From: Eledone cirrhosa
Lineage: Eukaryota
DNA: 64,000 bases
Assembly (NCBI GenBank): GCA_964016885.1
Contig: OZ024763.1
Location: forward strand, 868,001 to 932,000
Reading direction: 5' to 3'
Positions 24,274 through 36,605 of the stretch are shown here, piece after piece (positions within the stretch are counted from its first letter, which is position 1; every line of letters begins with the position of its first letter). Made by a program: the position numbers and the translations under genes. The notes beneath the pieces are model-generated. The model searched no databases, was not told the origin of the DNA, and saw only the letters and a program-made list of their open reading frames with translations.

Positions 24274-24382
24274 CATTTATTATTGGTGGAAGAGACAAAA
24301 CAACTTGGTTAACATCATATATAACAGGGTATACAGGTTTGTCTCTAATGATTGGCAGGTAAGCACGAAGATGGCTGTCAGT
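24274..24382 (-). CDS. FARSB: FARSB exon 9: [36 protein letters not shown]
   Basis: VLSxPPIIN motif; AG/GTAAAT boundaries; 109 nt. Confidence 0.96.
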
Positions 24383-25133
24383 CTGGAGAAAGATGGTAAA
24401 TAATATAAACAATAACAAAATGGTAAATATCTCAGGTGGAAATAACGAAACAAATTATCTATATATATATATAAAAGAGATCTGTTTATTGGTTGATAGA
24501 ATCATACAAAAACTACACACACACACATCTAAAGAGTGAGAGACAGAAAGAGAGAGAGATACAATTAAAATATTAAATATTCAGAGAAAGAGAGAGAGAG
24601 AGTAACATCCCACGAAAGTCTCGAAACGGCTTAAACTATAGATCCTTTGATCTATAAGAAGGTTTAACAATATCGCATTAGCTTTTATAAAGTAGTTTTA
24701 CTGTCTTTGATTTTACAGAACAAAGAAAAATTGATACTATTTGAAATTAATCTACCCTCCAGCTTTTATCCATATACTACTTACAGACCGTACTAACAAA
24801 GCTAAACACTTAATAAACAATGTTATGCAGTATTTTGCTGTGTTTCAGATGACGTCCTTTGGAGCTGAACAAGATCATACTGACTATGGTTATTTCACTA
24901 CATTTAAAATCCAAGGCCAATGCTACCATTTAATCAGCAGTTTACTCCCCCAGCCTAATAAGGAAGTTTTATGATTGTTTTGTTTATGTCTCTCTCACAC
25001 ACACACACACACATTATGGTCTCACCTCATACCAGACAATACATCCAATAGTCGTTTTCTCTGTTCTCCCGGGCATAGCCGGGTACCTCAGCTAGTTTTA
25101 AATAAACAAACAAACAAAACTATATCAACATAC

Positions 25134-25284
25134 AGCATAAAACTCCATCAATTCAGTGGCAGTGAAACTCCTGGATTGGTTAAGGGGCTGGAACTGAATC
25201 TCTGAAGGTGGATGAGCCTCATAGCTAAATGGCCCCTCAATTGTATCCAAATCATGCGTTCCTATGGCAACCAACGACCGTTTT
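25134..25284 (-). CDS. FARSB: FARSB exon 8: [23 protein letters not shown]...ELMEFYA
   Basis: AIGTHDLD motif; AG/GTATGT boundaries; 151 nt. Confidence 0.96.
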
Positions 25285-25621
25285 CTGGAAAATAAGAAAA
25301 GAAGAGAAAAATAAGTTTATTGACCCTGAAATTCAACCATCACAAGGTTTGAAGTTGGAGGGACAGAAAGTTGGAACTAATATAGCAAGGTATTTCTAAT
25401 AACTACCAATTTGGTACCTAAATACATGATAACAGACAAATATCGTCATTTCTGTTTAGCGTCAATTCTTCCATGCTTGAATGGGTTAGACGGGTCGTCC
25501 ATACTGGGAGGCAAGTCAGGCCTTGGTTGGCCATGTGTTGCACCTTGCTCCAGTGAGCACTGTAAATTTGGCCAGGTATTTTACAGCTGGATGCCCTTCC
25601 TAACACCAACCACATTTACAG

Positions 25622-25660
<39 letters not shown>

Positions 25661-25671
25661 ATACCATAGAG

Positions 25672-26146
25672 AGGCGGTTTTCCTCTGTACGGTGGCTATG
25701 GTGAAAGAAGTTATATGGTGGAAGAGGTTGAGAGGACTGAGGACAGATGCCTTTCTCTCAGGACAACAATTGATTCCCTTCTTTAAGTATCACTTTAGAA
25801 GGAGAATCAGGGTGGAGAGAGAGGCACTGCACCCCAGTAAATTTACTGAAAGGTGGGTGAATGAAGCGAAAATGCCCCGAGTGATTGGGCCTTCTCTGTT
25901 TATAAGCCTGTAGGTTGAGGAAGAGAGCAAAAGGAAGAAAGGAGCACTTGCACAACACGCTCCTCGAGTTGAGGGTTGTTCTATCGACGGGGTATTAAAC
26001 AACCCATTTGTGGCGCCTCCCCCCTATTGGGGATTTCGATTGTTGAAATTGTTTGTTTTTATATTTTTTACACAACTGTATGTAAAATCCCCAGCATGTC
26101 TTTGTATTGTCCCCTTTCTTGTTGCGCCCTTGTGGCTAATAAAGAA
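25672..26146 (+). mobile_element. 5'-truncated L1/Tx1-like LINE 3' end inserted in (CTAT)n
   Basis: ORF remnant KEVIWWKRLRGL..FFKYHFRRRIRVERE..FTERWV, then a 3' UTR with AATAAA. About 21-bp duplication atctatctatataccatagag on both sides. Confidence 0.6.
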
Positions 26147-26239
26147 ATCTATCTATATACCATAGAGCATAGGAGGTCTTTGTTATATATAGAAATGACT
26201 TCTTCAGGATTAGAATTATTTCATTCATATGAAATCATC

Positions 26240-26279
<40 letters not shown>

Positions 26280-26461
26280 CTGCTCTGTAGAACAACTAAT
26301 GTTATTATATTGAGCTATTTATCTTACTGGTAATAAGGTAGTAATAAATTACTGTCTTTCACTGTTTAGGGTTTAAAATATATATAACTATAAAAAGTTT
26401 TAGTATATACATAACCATAAATAGTATCCTTAATACTATATATATATATATATATATATAT

Positions 26462-27010
26462 ATCATCATCATTTTACGTCCGCTTTTCCCTGCTTGCAAG
26501 GGTGGGACAGGTGCCATTCAGCACAGCATCTCTCCACTTGTCACCGTCCTTCGTCATCTCCTCAGTGAGCTTCAGTGATATGAGGTCAGCTCTCACCACC
26601 TCCGCCCATGTTTTTCGTGATCTTCCTCTACTGCGTCTTCTGTCTACTGGGATTTCTTAGCACTTCTTTACCCAGCGGTCATTCTCCATGCGCATCACAT
26701 GTCCACACCATCTCAACCTTCTCTCCTGCACACTACAACTTATCCCTCTTATACACAGTTTCTCTCTCAACTCGTCTATGCTTGGTCGTTCATGCACATT
26801 GACAATGCACATCCAAAGGAACATACTTGCTTCATTTCTCTCCAGCCGTCGCATATCCTCTGCAGTTGCTGCCCATGTCTCACTACCACCATGCAGCATC
26901 GCACATCTCACACAGGCATCATATAACCAGCCTTTCTTATGCAGGGAGAAACCCGTCTTTGTCAACAAAAGAAGCAGGTCCATAAACTTCTTCCAACCCG
27001 TCCTTATTTT
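26462..27010 (-). mobile_element. 5'-truncated RTE-clade LINE copy
   Basis: LYDACVRCAMLHGGSETWAATAEDMRRLERNE..RRLRWCGHVMRM; homologous to 47030-47583; (ATG)n tail. Confidence 0.88.
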
Positions 27011-27464
27011 AGTGAATGTAACATCCAGTTACTGTAGGTACACTAGAGTGACCACTCGAAGCCTAGTTTCCAGTCGGTATAGAGATGTAGTACTAAGCAG
27101 AGTGTAATAATAATACTAATAATAAAAAGGGTGACGTGTTCATTACGTTTAATGAGGTGTGACTTGCGTTTGATTCCAGAGTCGGACCAGATAGATACAG
27201 ATCGAACTTTGAACTGATCAATCGTGAAACGTGTGTCACACCTCAATAAATATAATTGTTTCTACTTTTGGCACAAGGCCAGCAATTACCCAGTACAATA
27301 CTGGTACTTTATTTTATCGACCCCGTAAGGATGAAAGGCAAAGTTAACCTCGGCGGGATTTGAATTCAGATCGTAAAGGGAAGTAACTATGCTGGAAAGC
27401 ATGTCCGACCCTCTACCGATACTGCCAATGAAGATCTAACACTTTGTACTTTTTATTATTATTA

Positions 27465-27500
<36 letters not shown>

Positions 27501-28055
27501 ATACTTGGGGAGGGTCATATTGTTATACTATTGCTAGAAATAATAACAGAACACACTCACTGTTTGGTTCTAACCGTAACCCAAACAGTGAGTTGACCCT
27601 GCCCAAGTATAACAATATTTGTTTGGACACACGATTTCACATCAAAAACCTTGCAAAACAAATATATATATGTAATAGAATTACAATTTAGCTTCAGGCA
27701 TAGTTGTATACAGATATGTATTGGAATTTCGTATTTTAGAAGAAATACGGTATGTTTAAAATAGACATTTAGAGCCATAGCTATGCCAAAACCTGTCCAG
27801 CAGAAGCAAGGGGGACAACACAAACTCATGCTTACACACGTGCGCAAGTATAGCTCTTATTACAAAACAGTTTTTTCCATTTCAGATAGATGCGCTCCAT
27901 CATCCACTTTTCTAAAAAACAAATCATACACAAAACGCCAGCATCAACAGTTTTGCAAGAGATGTCAACATGAATGGACCTGTTATTTTTATCTAAAGAC
28001 ATTTTTTCCAATTCCATCCCATCCATCCCCTCAATCCATTTTATTTCTCATTCTT

Positions 28056-28091
28056 TCTTCTAATGAAGGACTAGTGTCCGAAACGTTAAGA
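28056..28091 (+). ncRNA. Degenerate hammerhead motif (core mutated)
   Basis: tctt-CTAATGA-a-ggac-tagt-gtcc-GAAAC-GTT-aaga. The stems pair, but the core has CUA in place of CUG. Confidence 0.4.
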
Positions 28092-28202
28092 CCCTCTTGC
28101 TGCTATATCAAGCGCTAACCTAATATATACCTTCCATATACTGTACCGATTGTGTTGTTATTTGTTTACCTTTTACATACATATATATATATATATATAT
28201 AT

Positions 28203-28284
<82 letters not shown>

Positions 28285-28318
28285 TAATTTAAAGAATAAT
28301 AAAAACATACAACTTTAC

Positions 28319-28374
28319 CTGCAAAGATTTTGGTGCAATTTATCCTGCAGCTCAATGAAACTGTTATAACGAGC
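28319..28374 (-). CDS. FARSB: FARSB exon 7: ARYNSFIELQDKLHQNLC
   Basis: YxSFIxLQxKLHQN motif; acceptor cccag, donor GTAAAG; 56 nt. Confidence 0.95.
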
Positions 28375-29826
28375 CTGGGTATACAATGAAAGAAATACTG
28401 TATATATACACTGTTATAACGAGCCTGGGTATACAATGAAAGAAATACTGTATATATACACTGTTATAACGAACCTGGGTATACAATGAAAGAAATACTG
28501 TATATATACACTGTTATAACGAGCCTGGGTATACAATGAAAGAAATACTGTATATATACACTGTTATAATGAGCCTGGGTATATAATAAAAGAAATACTA
28601 TATATACACTGTTATAACGAACCTGGGTATATAAAGAAAGAAATAGTATATATATATACACTGTTATAATGAACCTGGGTATATAATGAAAGAAATAGTA
28701 TATATATACACTGTTATAATGAACCTGGATATAAAATAAAAGAAATAGTATATATATATACACTGTTATAACGAAACTGGGTATATAATGAAAGAAATAG
28801 TATATATACACTGCTATAACAAGCCTGGGTATATAATAAAAGAAATAGTACATATATAAACTGTTATAACGAACCAGGGTATATAATAAAAGAAATAGTA
28901 TATATATATATACACTGTTATAACAAGCCTGGGTATATAAAGAAAGAAACAATATATATACACTGTTATAACAAGCCTGGGTATATAAAGAAAGAAACAA
29001 TATATATACACTGTTATAACAAGCCTGGGTATATAAAGAAAGAAACAATATATATACACTGTTATAACAAGCCTGGGTATATAAAGAAAGAAACAATATA
29101 TATACACTGTTATAACAAGCCTGGGTATATAAAGAAAGAAACAATATATATACACTGTTATAACAAGCCTGGGTATATAAAGAAAGAAACAATATATATA
29201 CACTGTTATAACAAGCCTGGGTATATAAAGAAAGAAACAATATATATACACTGTTATAACAAGCCTGGGTATATAAAGAAAGAAACAATATATATACACT
29301 GTTATAACAAGCCTGGGTATATAAAGAAAGAAACAATATATATACACTGTTATAACAAGCCTGGGTATAAAAGGAAGAAACAATATATATACACTGTTAT
29401 AACAAGCCTGGGTATATAAAGAAAGAAACAATATATATACACTGTTATAACAAGCCTGGGTATATAAAGAAAGAAACAATATATATACACTGTTATAACA
29501 AGCCTGGGTATATAAAGAAAGAAACAATATATATACACTGTTATAACAAGCCTGGGTATATAAAGAAAGAAACAATATATATACACTGTTATAACAAGCC
29601 TGGGTATATAAAGAAAGAAACAATATATATACACTGTTATAACAAGCCTGGGTATATAAAGAAAGAAACAATATATATACACTGTTATAACAAGCCTGGG
29701 TATATAAAGAAAGAAACAATATATATACACAGTTATAACAAGCCTGGGTATATAAAGAAAGAAACAATATATATACACTGTTATAACAAGCCTGGGTATA
29801 AAAGGAAGAAACAATATATATACACT
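28360..29826 (-). repeat. 48-50-bp minisatellite (~30 copies) whose unit contains the 3' splice site and first 15 nt of FARSB exon 7
   Basis: Minus-strand unit GTATATATATTGTTTCTTTCTTTATATACCCAG|GCT(T/C)GTTATAACAGT. Confidence 0.95.
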
Positions 29827-29999
29827 ATATATAACACTGTCCTTGAGAAAGACAAAGGCCAATACAGCTTGACACCAGTGACATCACAACTCATCTATAT
29901 ATATATATATATATCATCTACACTATATATACAGCGTATATATAGTGTATATAACATTGTCTATGAGAAACGCAAAGTCTGGTATAGTCAGAACTCATT

Positions 30000-30745
30000 A
30001 TTTGTAGCTCAAATCCCGCCAAGGTTAACTTTGCCTTTCATCCTTACGGGGTCGATAAAATAAAGTACCAGTAATGCACTGGGTAATTGCTGGCCTTGTG
30101 CCAAACGTAGAAACAATTATTTGTAGCTCAGTGGGCGGTGGATTGGCAGTATCGGTAGAGGGTCGGACGCCATGCTTTGCAGCAAAGACTTATGTCCCTT
30201 TATAGTCTGAGTTCAAATCCCACCGAGGTTAACTTTGCCTTTCATCCTTACGGGGTCGGTAAAATAAAGTACCAGTAATGCACTGGGTAATTGCTGGCCT
30301 TGTTCCAAACGTAGAAACAATTATTTGTAGCTCAGTGGGCGGTGGATTGGCAGTATCGGTAGAGGGTCGGACGCCATGCTTTGCAGCAAAGACTTATGTC
30401 CCTTTATAGTCTGAGTTCAAATCCCACCGAGGTTAACTTTGCCTTTCATCCTTACGGGGTCGGTAAAATAAAGTACCAGTAATGCACTGGGTAATTGCTG
30501 GCCTTGTTCCAAACGTAGAAACAATTATTTGTAGCTCAGTGGGCGGTGGATTGGCAGTATCGGTAGAGGGTCGGACGCCATGCTTTGCAGCAAAGACTTA
30601 TGTCCCTTTATGGTCTGAGTTCAAATTCCGCCGAGGTTGGTTAACTTTGCCTTTCATCCTTACGGGGGTCGGTAAAATAAAGTACCAGTAATGTACTGGG
30701 GTAATTACTGGCCTTGTGCCAAAATTTGAAACAATTATTTGTAGC
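30000..30745 (+). repeat. Head-to-tail array of MetaSINE-like elements, 204-bp period
   Basis: tttgtagctcagtgggcggtggattggcagtatcggtagag recurs at about 30120, 30324 and 30528. Confidence 0.85.
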
Positions 30746-30854
30746 TGAGTGGACTGGAGCAATGTGAAGTAAAGTGTCGTGTTCAAGGAGACAACCTACC
30801 ACAACACTCCTTTACATTAAATAGAAGTACAAAGATTATATAAAACAGTCAAAC

Positions 30855-30914
30855 CTTATCAAAGGTGATGTCCCTTAAGATGGCTGCAACACAATGAGGA
30901 CGAACTTCGGCCGT
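30855..30914 (-). CDS. FARSB: FARSB exon 6: TAEVRPHCVAAILRDITFDK
   Basis: Acceptor tgcag, donor GTTTGA, 60 nt. Confidence 0.92.
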
Positions 30915-31044
30915 CTGCAATAAAATGGTGGGGGAAATTAAAATATGATGAACCGCATATAACCAGTTTTCAACTTAATTTCGGTTTGAAGAGATTTTAT
31001 AATTTAATAAAACTTTCTCATTATTAAGTTGGTGTTTGGAACAG

Positions 31045-31925
31045 AAAATACACCCAGTACACTCTGTAAAGTGGTAGTGTTGGTGTCATGATAAAATACA
31101 CCCAGTACACTCTGTAAAGTGGTAGCGCCAATGCCACAATAAAATACATCCAGTAAACTCTGTAATGACAGTGCCATAATAAAATACATCCAGTACACTC
31201 TGTAAAGTGGTAGTGTTGGTGTCATGATAAAATACATCTAGTGCATTCTGTAAAGTGGTAGTGTTGGTGTCATGATAAAATACACCCAGTACACTTTGTA
31301 TAGTGGTAGTGTTGGTGTCATAATAAAATACACCCAGTACACTCTGTAAAGTGGTAGCGCCAATGCCACAATAAAATACATCCAGTAAACTCTGTATTGT
31401 CAGTGCCATAATAAAATACACCCAGTACACTCTGTAAAGTGGTAGTGTTGGTGTCATGATAAAATACATCTAGTGCATTCTGTAAAGTGGTAGTGTTGGT
31501 GTCATGATAAAATACACCCAGTACACTCTGTAAAGTGCTAGTGTTGGTGTCATGATAAAATACACCCAGTACACTCTGTAAAGTGCTAGTGTTGGTGTCA
31601 TGATAAAATACACCCAGTACACTCTGTAAAGTGCTAGTGTTGGTGTCATGATAAAATACACCCAGTACACTCTGTAAAGTGGTAGCGCCAATGCCACAAT
31701 AAAATACATCCAGTAAACTCTGTATTGTCAGTGCCATAATAAAATACACCCAGTACACTCTGTAAAGTGGTAGTGTTGGTGTCATGATAAAATACATCTA
31801 GTGCATTCTGTAAAGTGGTAGTGTTGGTGTCATGATAAAATACACCCAGTACACTCTGTAAAGTGCTAGTGTTGGTGTCATGATAAAATACACCCAGTAC
31901 ACACAGTAAAGTGCTTGGCCATAGA
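31045..31925. repeat. About 44-bp SINE-body-derived minisatellite
   Basis: Unit aaaatacacccagtacactctgtaaagtggtagtgttggtgtcatgat, continuing into a SINE 3' end at about 32060. Confidence 0.85.
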
Positions 31926-32109
31926 AAGGGCATCCAGCCATAGCAACCAAGCCAGAAACAGTTCTGTATGAGCAAGATGCTCTCACCTGACCCGAATTGC
32001 CTCAAATAGGACAACTTGTCCAACCCATGCTAGCGTGGAAAATGGATGTTAAATGATGGTGGTGAGTGTACAGCGCCCCCAAAAGGGTTAACTTACTAAA
32101 GATACTCAC

Positions 32110-32176
32110 CGTAGGGCTGATATGTAACCTCTGTGGTGTTTCAGGTTCCACTGTTTCGTAAACGGGAATATCTATT
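32110..32176 (-). CDS. FARSB: FARSB exon 5: IDIPVYETVEPETPQRLHISPT
   Basis: AG/GTGAGT boundaries, 67 nt, keeps frame. Confidence 0.88.
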
Positions 32177-32384
32177 CTGAAATGACATAGACACAGTCAG
32201 GTGAGGTCAGGTAAACAACAAGTGAAGAGGACCTTAAATACTGATGTAGTGGGAGAGAGGTGGCCTTGGGCATTTTAAACCATGGACCCTCCTTCTCCAT
32301 GTCAGAACACAGCCAATTAAGGTTAACATCTGATGGTGCTGTACAAGCGCCAGCCTGACACATGGCATGTCCTGATCATTTTAA

Positions 32385-32805
32385 CCCTTTATCATTTACA
32401 TTACTCTATATTTACTATTGTATATTCATGGTAAATGCTTTACCTCACATAATATCTCGCATAACATTTACATTACTCTATATATACTATTGTATTTTCA
32501 CAGTAAACTCTTTACCTCACATAACATTTACATTACTCTATATATACTATTATATTTTCACAGTAAAGGCTTTACCTCACATAATATCTCATAACATTTA
32601 CATTACTCTATATATACTATTATATTTTCACAGTAAAGGGTTTACCTCACTTAATATCTCACATAATATCGAATCTATGAGATTTTGATATTATTTATTT
32701 TGAGAATAATACCTTAAAGTCGTATGAAGGGTAAGTGACAGCTAGTTTGAACAGAAAAAGATGAGAAAATTCTAGCCGGATATGGCCGGTTTAAATGCTA
32801 AAGGG
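32385..32805. mobile_element. piggyBac-type non-autonomous element with internal 60/73-bp tandem repeat
   Basis: TTAA-CCCTTTATCATTTA ... TAAATGCTAAAGGG-TTAA. Confidence 0.8.
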
Positions 32806-33045
32806 TTAAAAATGGGTTATGGAAGGGTTTTTAAATGGGTCATGCAAGGGTTTAAAAATGGGTCGTGGAAGGGTTTAAAAATGGGTCATGGAAGGGTTTA
32901 AAAAGTGGTTCATACAAGAGTTTAAAAAGAGGTCCATACGAGGGTTTAAAAAAGGCATTATGCAAAGGTTAAAAAAGGGACATACAAGGGTTAAAAAGAG
33001 GGTCATAAAAGGGTTAAAACAATATAAGTGAAAGATAAGACTTAC

Positions 33046-33102
33046 TTCTCAAGAAAAACCAGAAGCCCTCGAACAAGTCCTTCGAGACACAGCAGATCAT
33101 AC
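33046..33102 (-). CDS. FARSB: FARSB exon 4: YDLLCLEGLVRGLLVFLE
   Basis: NRYDLLCxEG motif; AG/GTAAGT boundaries; 57 nt. Confidence 0.95.
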
Positions 33103-33774
33103 CTGTTAAATATTGGTGAAATATTGATTGAGAATTTAAACACAAGGCCAGAAAATTTGGAGGAAGAGCAAAGTTAATTAAATCAACCCCAGTACATAAC
33201 AGGTACTTTATTTTATCATCGACCCTGGAAGGGGAAGGATGAAAAGTGAAGTTGACCCCGTTGGGATTTGATTTCAGAATGTAAAGAGTTGGAACAAATA
33301 CCACAATGGCACTTTATCCAACACTCTACTGATTCTGTCAAGATAAATTGCACCAAGTACACTCTGTAAAGTAGTAGCACTGGTGCCAAGATAAGTGAAA
33401 TATTAGTAGGTAATATAACAGGAAGAAAAATTATACAAATTTTTTTAAACACTTTTGCTATGAAACTCTGAAACTGCTGGTTTGACATTACTTTAAAGAA
33501 TTTGTATTATTCCATTATAATCTTATATAGAACCTTTGTTAAGCTATGTTCCAAACAATGGATAAATACAGAGAAAGTTAGTTATATTAGAAAATCCCTT
33601 AAAACTTATGGCTATTTCCAAAATAACTTGAAAACGACAGGGTATTTCATTAAATATGGCAACAAAATGGTTAATGTTTTAAAAATATTGAAGAATTTTT
33701 AAATAAAACCAACCCTTTTCTATGATACAAAACTGTTTATTTCAAAGTATGTATATTTATCTAAAAACTTCTTC

Positions 33775-34660
33775 GTCCACTTATTCCTGAGAGGGTCATG
33801 GGGTCAGAGTCCTCAAACACTCCTTCCAGCGGGTCCTGTCAGAAGCAACCATCTCCAACTGATCTGGTTGTATCCCCCAAGTGTGACCAGCCAGGCTCAT
33901 GGATGTTATCCAACCATCTTGCTCAGGGTCTACCACTGGGTCTCCTGCCAGTTGGTTTTGCCTGTAAAATCTGTCCAGTGATTCTTTCCTGAGACATTCT
34001 AACCACAGTCCATAGTATCAGAGCTGTGATCTCTCAATTAGGAGAAGTAGCAGCTCTCCCTGGAGTGACTCTCTGATCTCTGAGCTACAAAGCTGTCCAG
34101 TGATTCTTTCCTGAGACATTCTAACCACATGGCCATAGTATCAGAGCTGGGATCTCTCAACTGGGAGTAGCAGCTCTCCCTGGAGTAACTCTCTGATCTC
34201 CGAGCTACAAATCTGTCCAGTGATTCTTTCCTGAGACATTCTAACCACATGTCCATAGTATCAGAGCTGTGATCTCTCAATTAGGAGAAGTAGCAGCTCT
34301 CCCTGGAGTAACTCTCTGATCTCTGAGCTACAAACCTGTCCAGTGATTCTTTCCTGAGACATTCTAACCACAGTCCATAGTATCAGAGCTGTGATCTCTC
34401 AACTGGGAGAAGTAGCAGCTCAACCTGGAGTAACTCTCTGATCTCCGAGCTACAAATCTGTCCAGTGATTCTTTCCTGAGACATTCTAACCACATAGCCA
34501 TAGTATCAGAGCTGTGATCTCTCAATTCAGAGAAGTAGCAGCTCAACCTGGAGTGACTCTCTGATCTCTGAGCTACAAACTCTATCAAATAACGTTGTTC
34601 CAAAGACCCTTCAGAGGAACCCCATTTTGACCACGTCTATTCGCAATCGAGGTTCTTACA
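33775..34660 (-). mobile_element. Degenerate LINE 3' fragment with internal ~120-bp tandem amplification
   Basis: Repeated gtccatagtatcagagctgtgatctctcaa..ctttcctgagacattctaaccac. Related pieces at 37940-38130 and 48350-48820. Confidence 0.55.
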
Positions 34661-34821
34661 TAAACTTTTGATTGTAAGAATACATCATCATCATCGTTTA
34701 GCCTAGAAAATGGACATATAACAATGATGATGTATTCTTCCCATGAAAATTTTATGTAATAACCTTTGTTAAGTTACGTTCCAAACAATCAGCTTAAACC
34801 TCTGATTCAACAATAGCTTAC

Positions 34822-34922
34822 CTGTTAGCTGGAATGTCTATTTTATAAACAATCTCTTCAGATAAATCACTACTCTGTTGTGCTTCTCCCTGTTCCTTGG
34901 TCACCATAGCTTTCTCAGATGT
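34822..34922 (-). CDS. FARSB: FARSB exon 3: TSEKAMVTKEQGEAQQSSDLSEEIVYKIDIPAN
   Basis: AG/GTAAGC boundaries, 101 nt. Confidence 0.95.
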
Positions 34923-34957
34923 CTGATAGAAAAAGAAGAAATATATGAAAAATTTAA

Positions 34958-35661
34958 CCCTTTATCATTTACATTACTCTATATATACTATTGTATTTTC
35001 ACAGTAAATTCTTTACCTCACATAACATTTACATTACTCTATATATACTATTGTATTTTCATGGTAAAGGCTTTTCCTCACATAACATTTACATTACTCT
35101 ATATATACTATTGTATTTTCACAGTAAATTCTTTACTTCACATAACATTTACATTACTCTATATATACTATTGTATTTTCACAGTAAATTCTTTACCTCA
35201 CATAACATTTACATTACTCTATATATACTATTGTATTTTCACAGTAAATTCTTTACCTCACATAACATTTACATTACTCTATATATACTATTGTATTTTC
35301 ACAGTAAATTCTTTACCTCACATAACATTTACATTACTCTATATATACTATTGTATTTTCACAGTAAATTCTTTACCTCACATAACATTTACATTACTCT
35401 ATATATACTATTGTATTTTCACAGTAAATTCTTTACCTCACATAACATTTACATTACTCTATATATACTATTGTATTTTCACAGTAAATTCTTTACCTCA
35501 CATAACATTTACATTACTCTATATATACTATTGTATTTTCATGGTAAAGGCTTTTCCTCACATAATATTGAAGCTATGAGATTTTGATGTTATTTATTTT
35601 GAGAACAATACCTTAAGATCAGTATGAGCGGCTAGTTACAGCCGGTTTAAATGATAAAGGG
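34958..35661. mobile_element. piggyBac-type non-autonomous element with about ten 60-bp internal repeats
   Basis: TTAA duplication, perfect 14-bp TIR CCCTTTATCATTTA/TAAATGATAAAGGG. Confidence 0.85.
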
Positions 35662-36183
35662 TTAATGTTTAGTGGCTTCCCTAGTGTTGGTGCCATGAAA
35701 ATACACTAAATACACTCTGTAAAGTGGTTGGTGATAGGAAATACAATCTACACTAGAAACCATGCCAAAAAGAGTTAGGAAGACTCTTCAGTTGTCAACA
35801 GCACAACAACCTCTCTGGGGTTGGTGATTTACACAATAAATACATCCAGTACACCCTGTAAAGTGGTTGGTGATAGGAAAGGCATCCAGCCATAGAAAGC
35901 CTTCCAAAGAGTTGAGAGGACACTTCAGTTGTGTCAATGGCACAAAAACCTCTCTAATGTTGATAATCTACACGATGAATACACCCAGTACACTCTGTAA
36001 AGTATTACAATGGTTTCAAGATAAAATGCTCCCAGTACTCCCTGTAAAGTGGTTAGCATCAGGAAGGAGAGCCAGCTGCAGAAACCATGCCTAATATGGA
36101 ACGTACAACAGACAAGCAACTTCAGTGTATTTCATTAGAAATATTTTAACGAAAGGGTTAATGATATACAAAACATTACTCAC

Positions 36184-36239
36184 CACTTCATCTAATTCAA
36201 GCCCAAAATCAAAACAAAGATCAGCAAATTCTTCTTCAG
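36184..36239 (-). CDS. FARSB: FARSB exon 2: [19 protein letters not shown]
   Basis: AG/GTGAGT boundaries, 56 nt. Confidence 0.96.
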
Positions 36240-36254
36240 CTGAAAGAATTGAAT

Positions 36255-36605
36255 AATAATAATAATAATAATTGTTTCTACTTTAGGCACAAGGCCAGCA
36301 ATTACCCAGTGCATTACTGGTACTTTATTTTATCGACCCCATAAGGATGAAAGGCAGTCAACCTCGGCGGGATTTGAACTCAGATCGTAAAGGGACGTAA
36401 CTATGCTGGAAAGCATGGCGTCCGACCCTCTACCGATACTGCCAATCCACCGTATAATAATAATAATAATAATAATTGTTTCTACTTTAGGCACAAGGCC
36501 AACAATTCTGGGGTAGGGATAGTTGATTAAATCGAACCCAGTGAATTATTGGTACTTTATTTTACCAACCCCGTAAGGATGTAAGACAAAGCTAACCTTG
36601 GTGGA
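36255..36605 (-). mobile_element. Two MetaSINE-like copies in (AAT)n
   Basis: Reverse-complement core ggtactttattttatcgacccc..aaggatgaaaggc. Confidence 0.75.

Noticed and set aside
26190-26245. Minus-strand CTGATGA...GAAA motif
   Set aside because: Stem II is only 3 bp and there is no convincing stem I or III.
28464-29862. 170-317 aa repetitive hydrophobic ORFs
   Set aside because: They are open only because the 48-bp unit lacks stops; no independent gene evidence.
34878-35587. 198-233 aa repeat ORFs
   Set aside because: They translate the 60-bp internal repeat of a piggyBac MITE.
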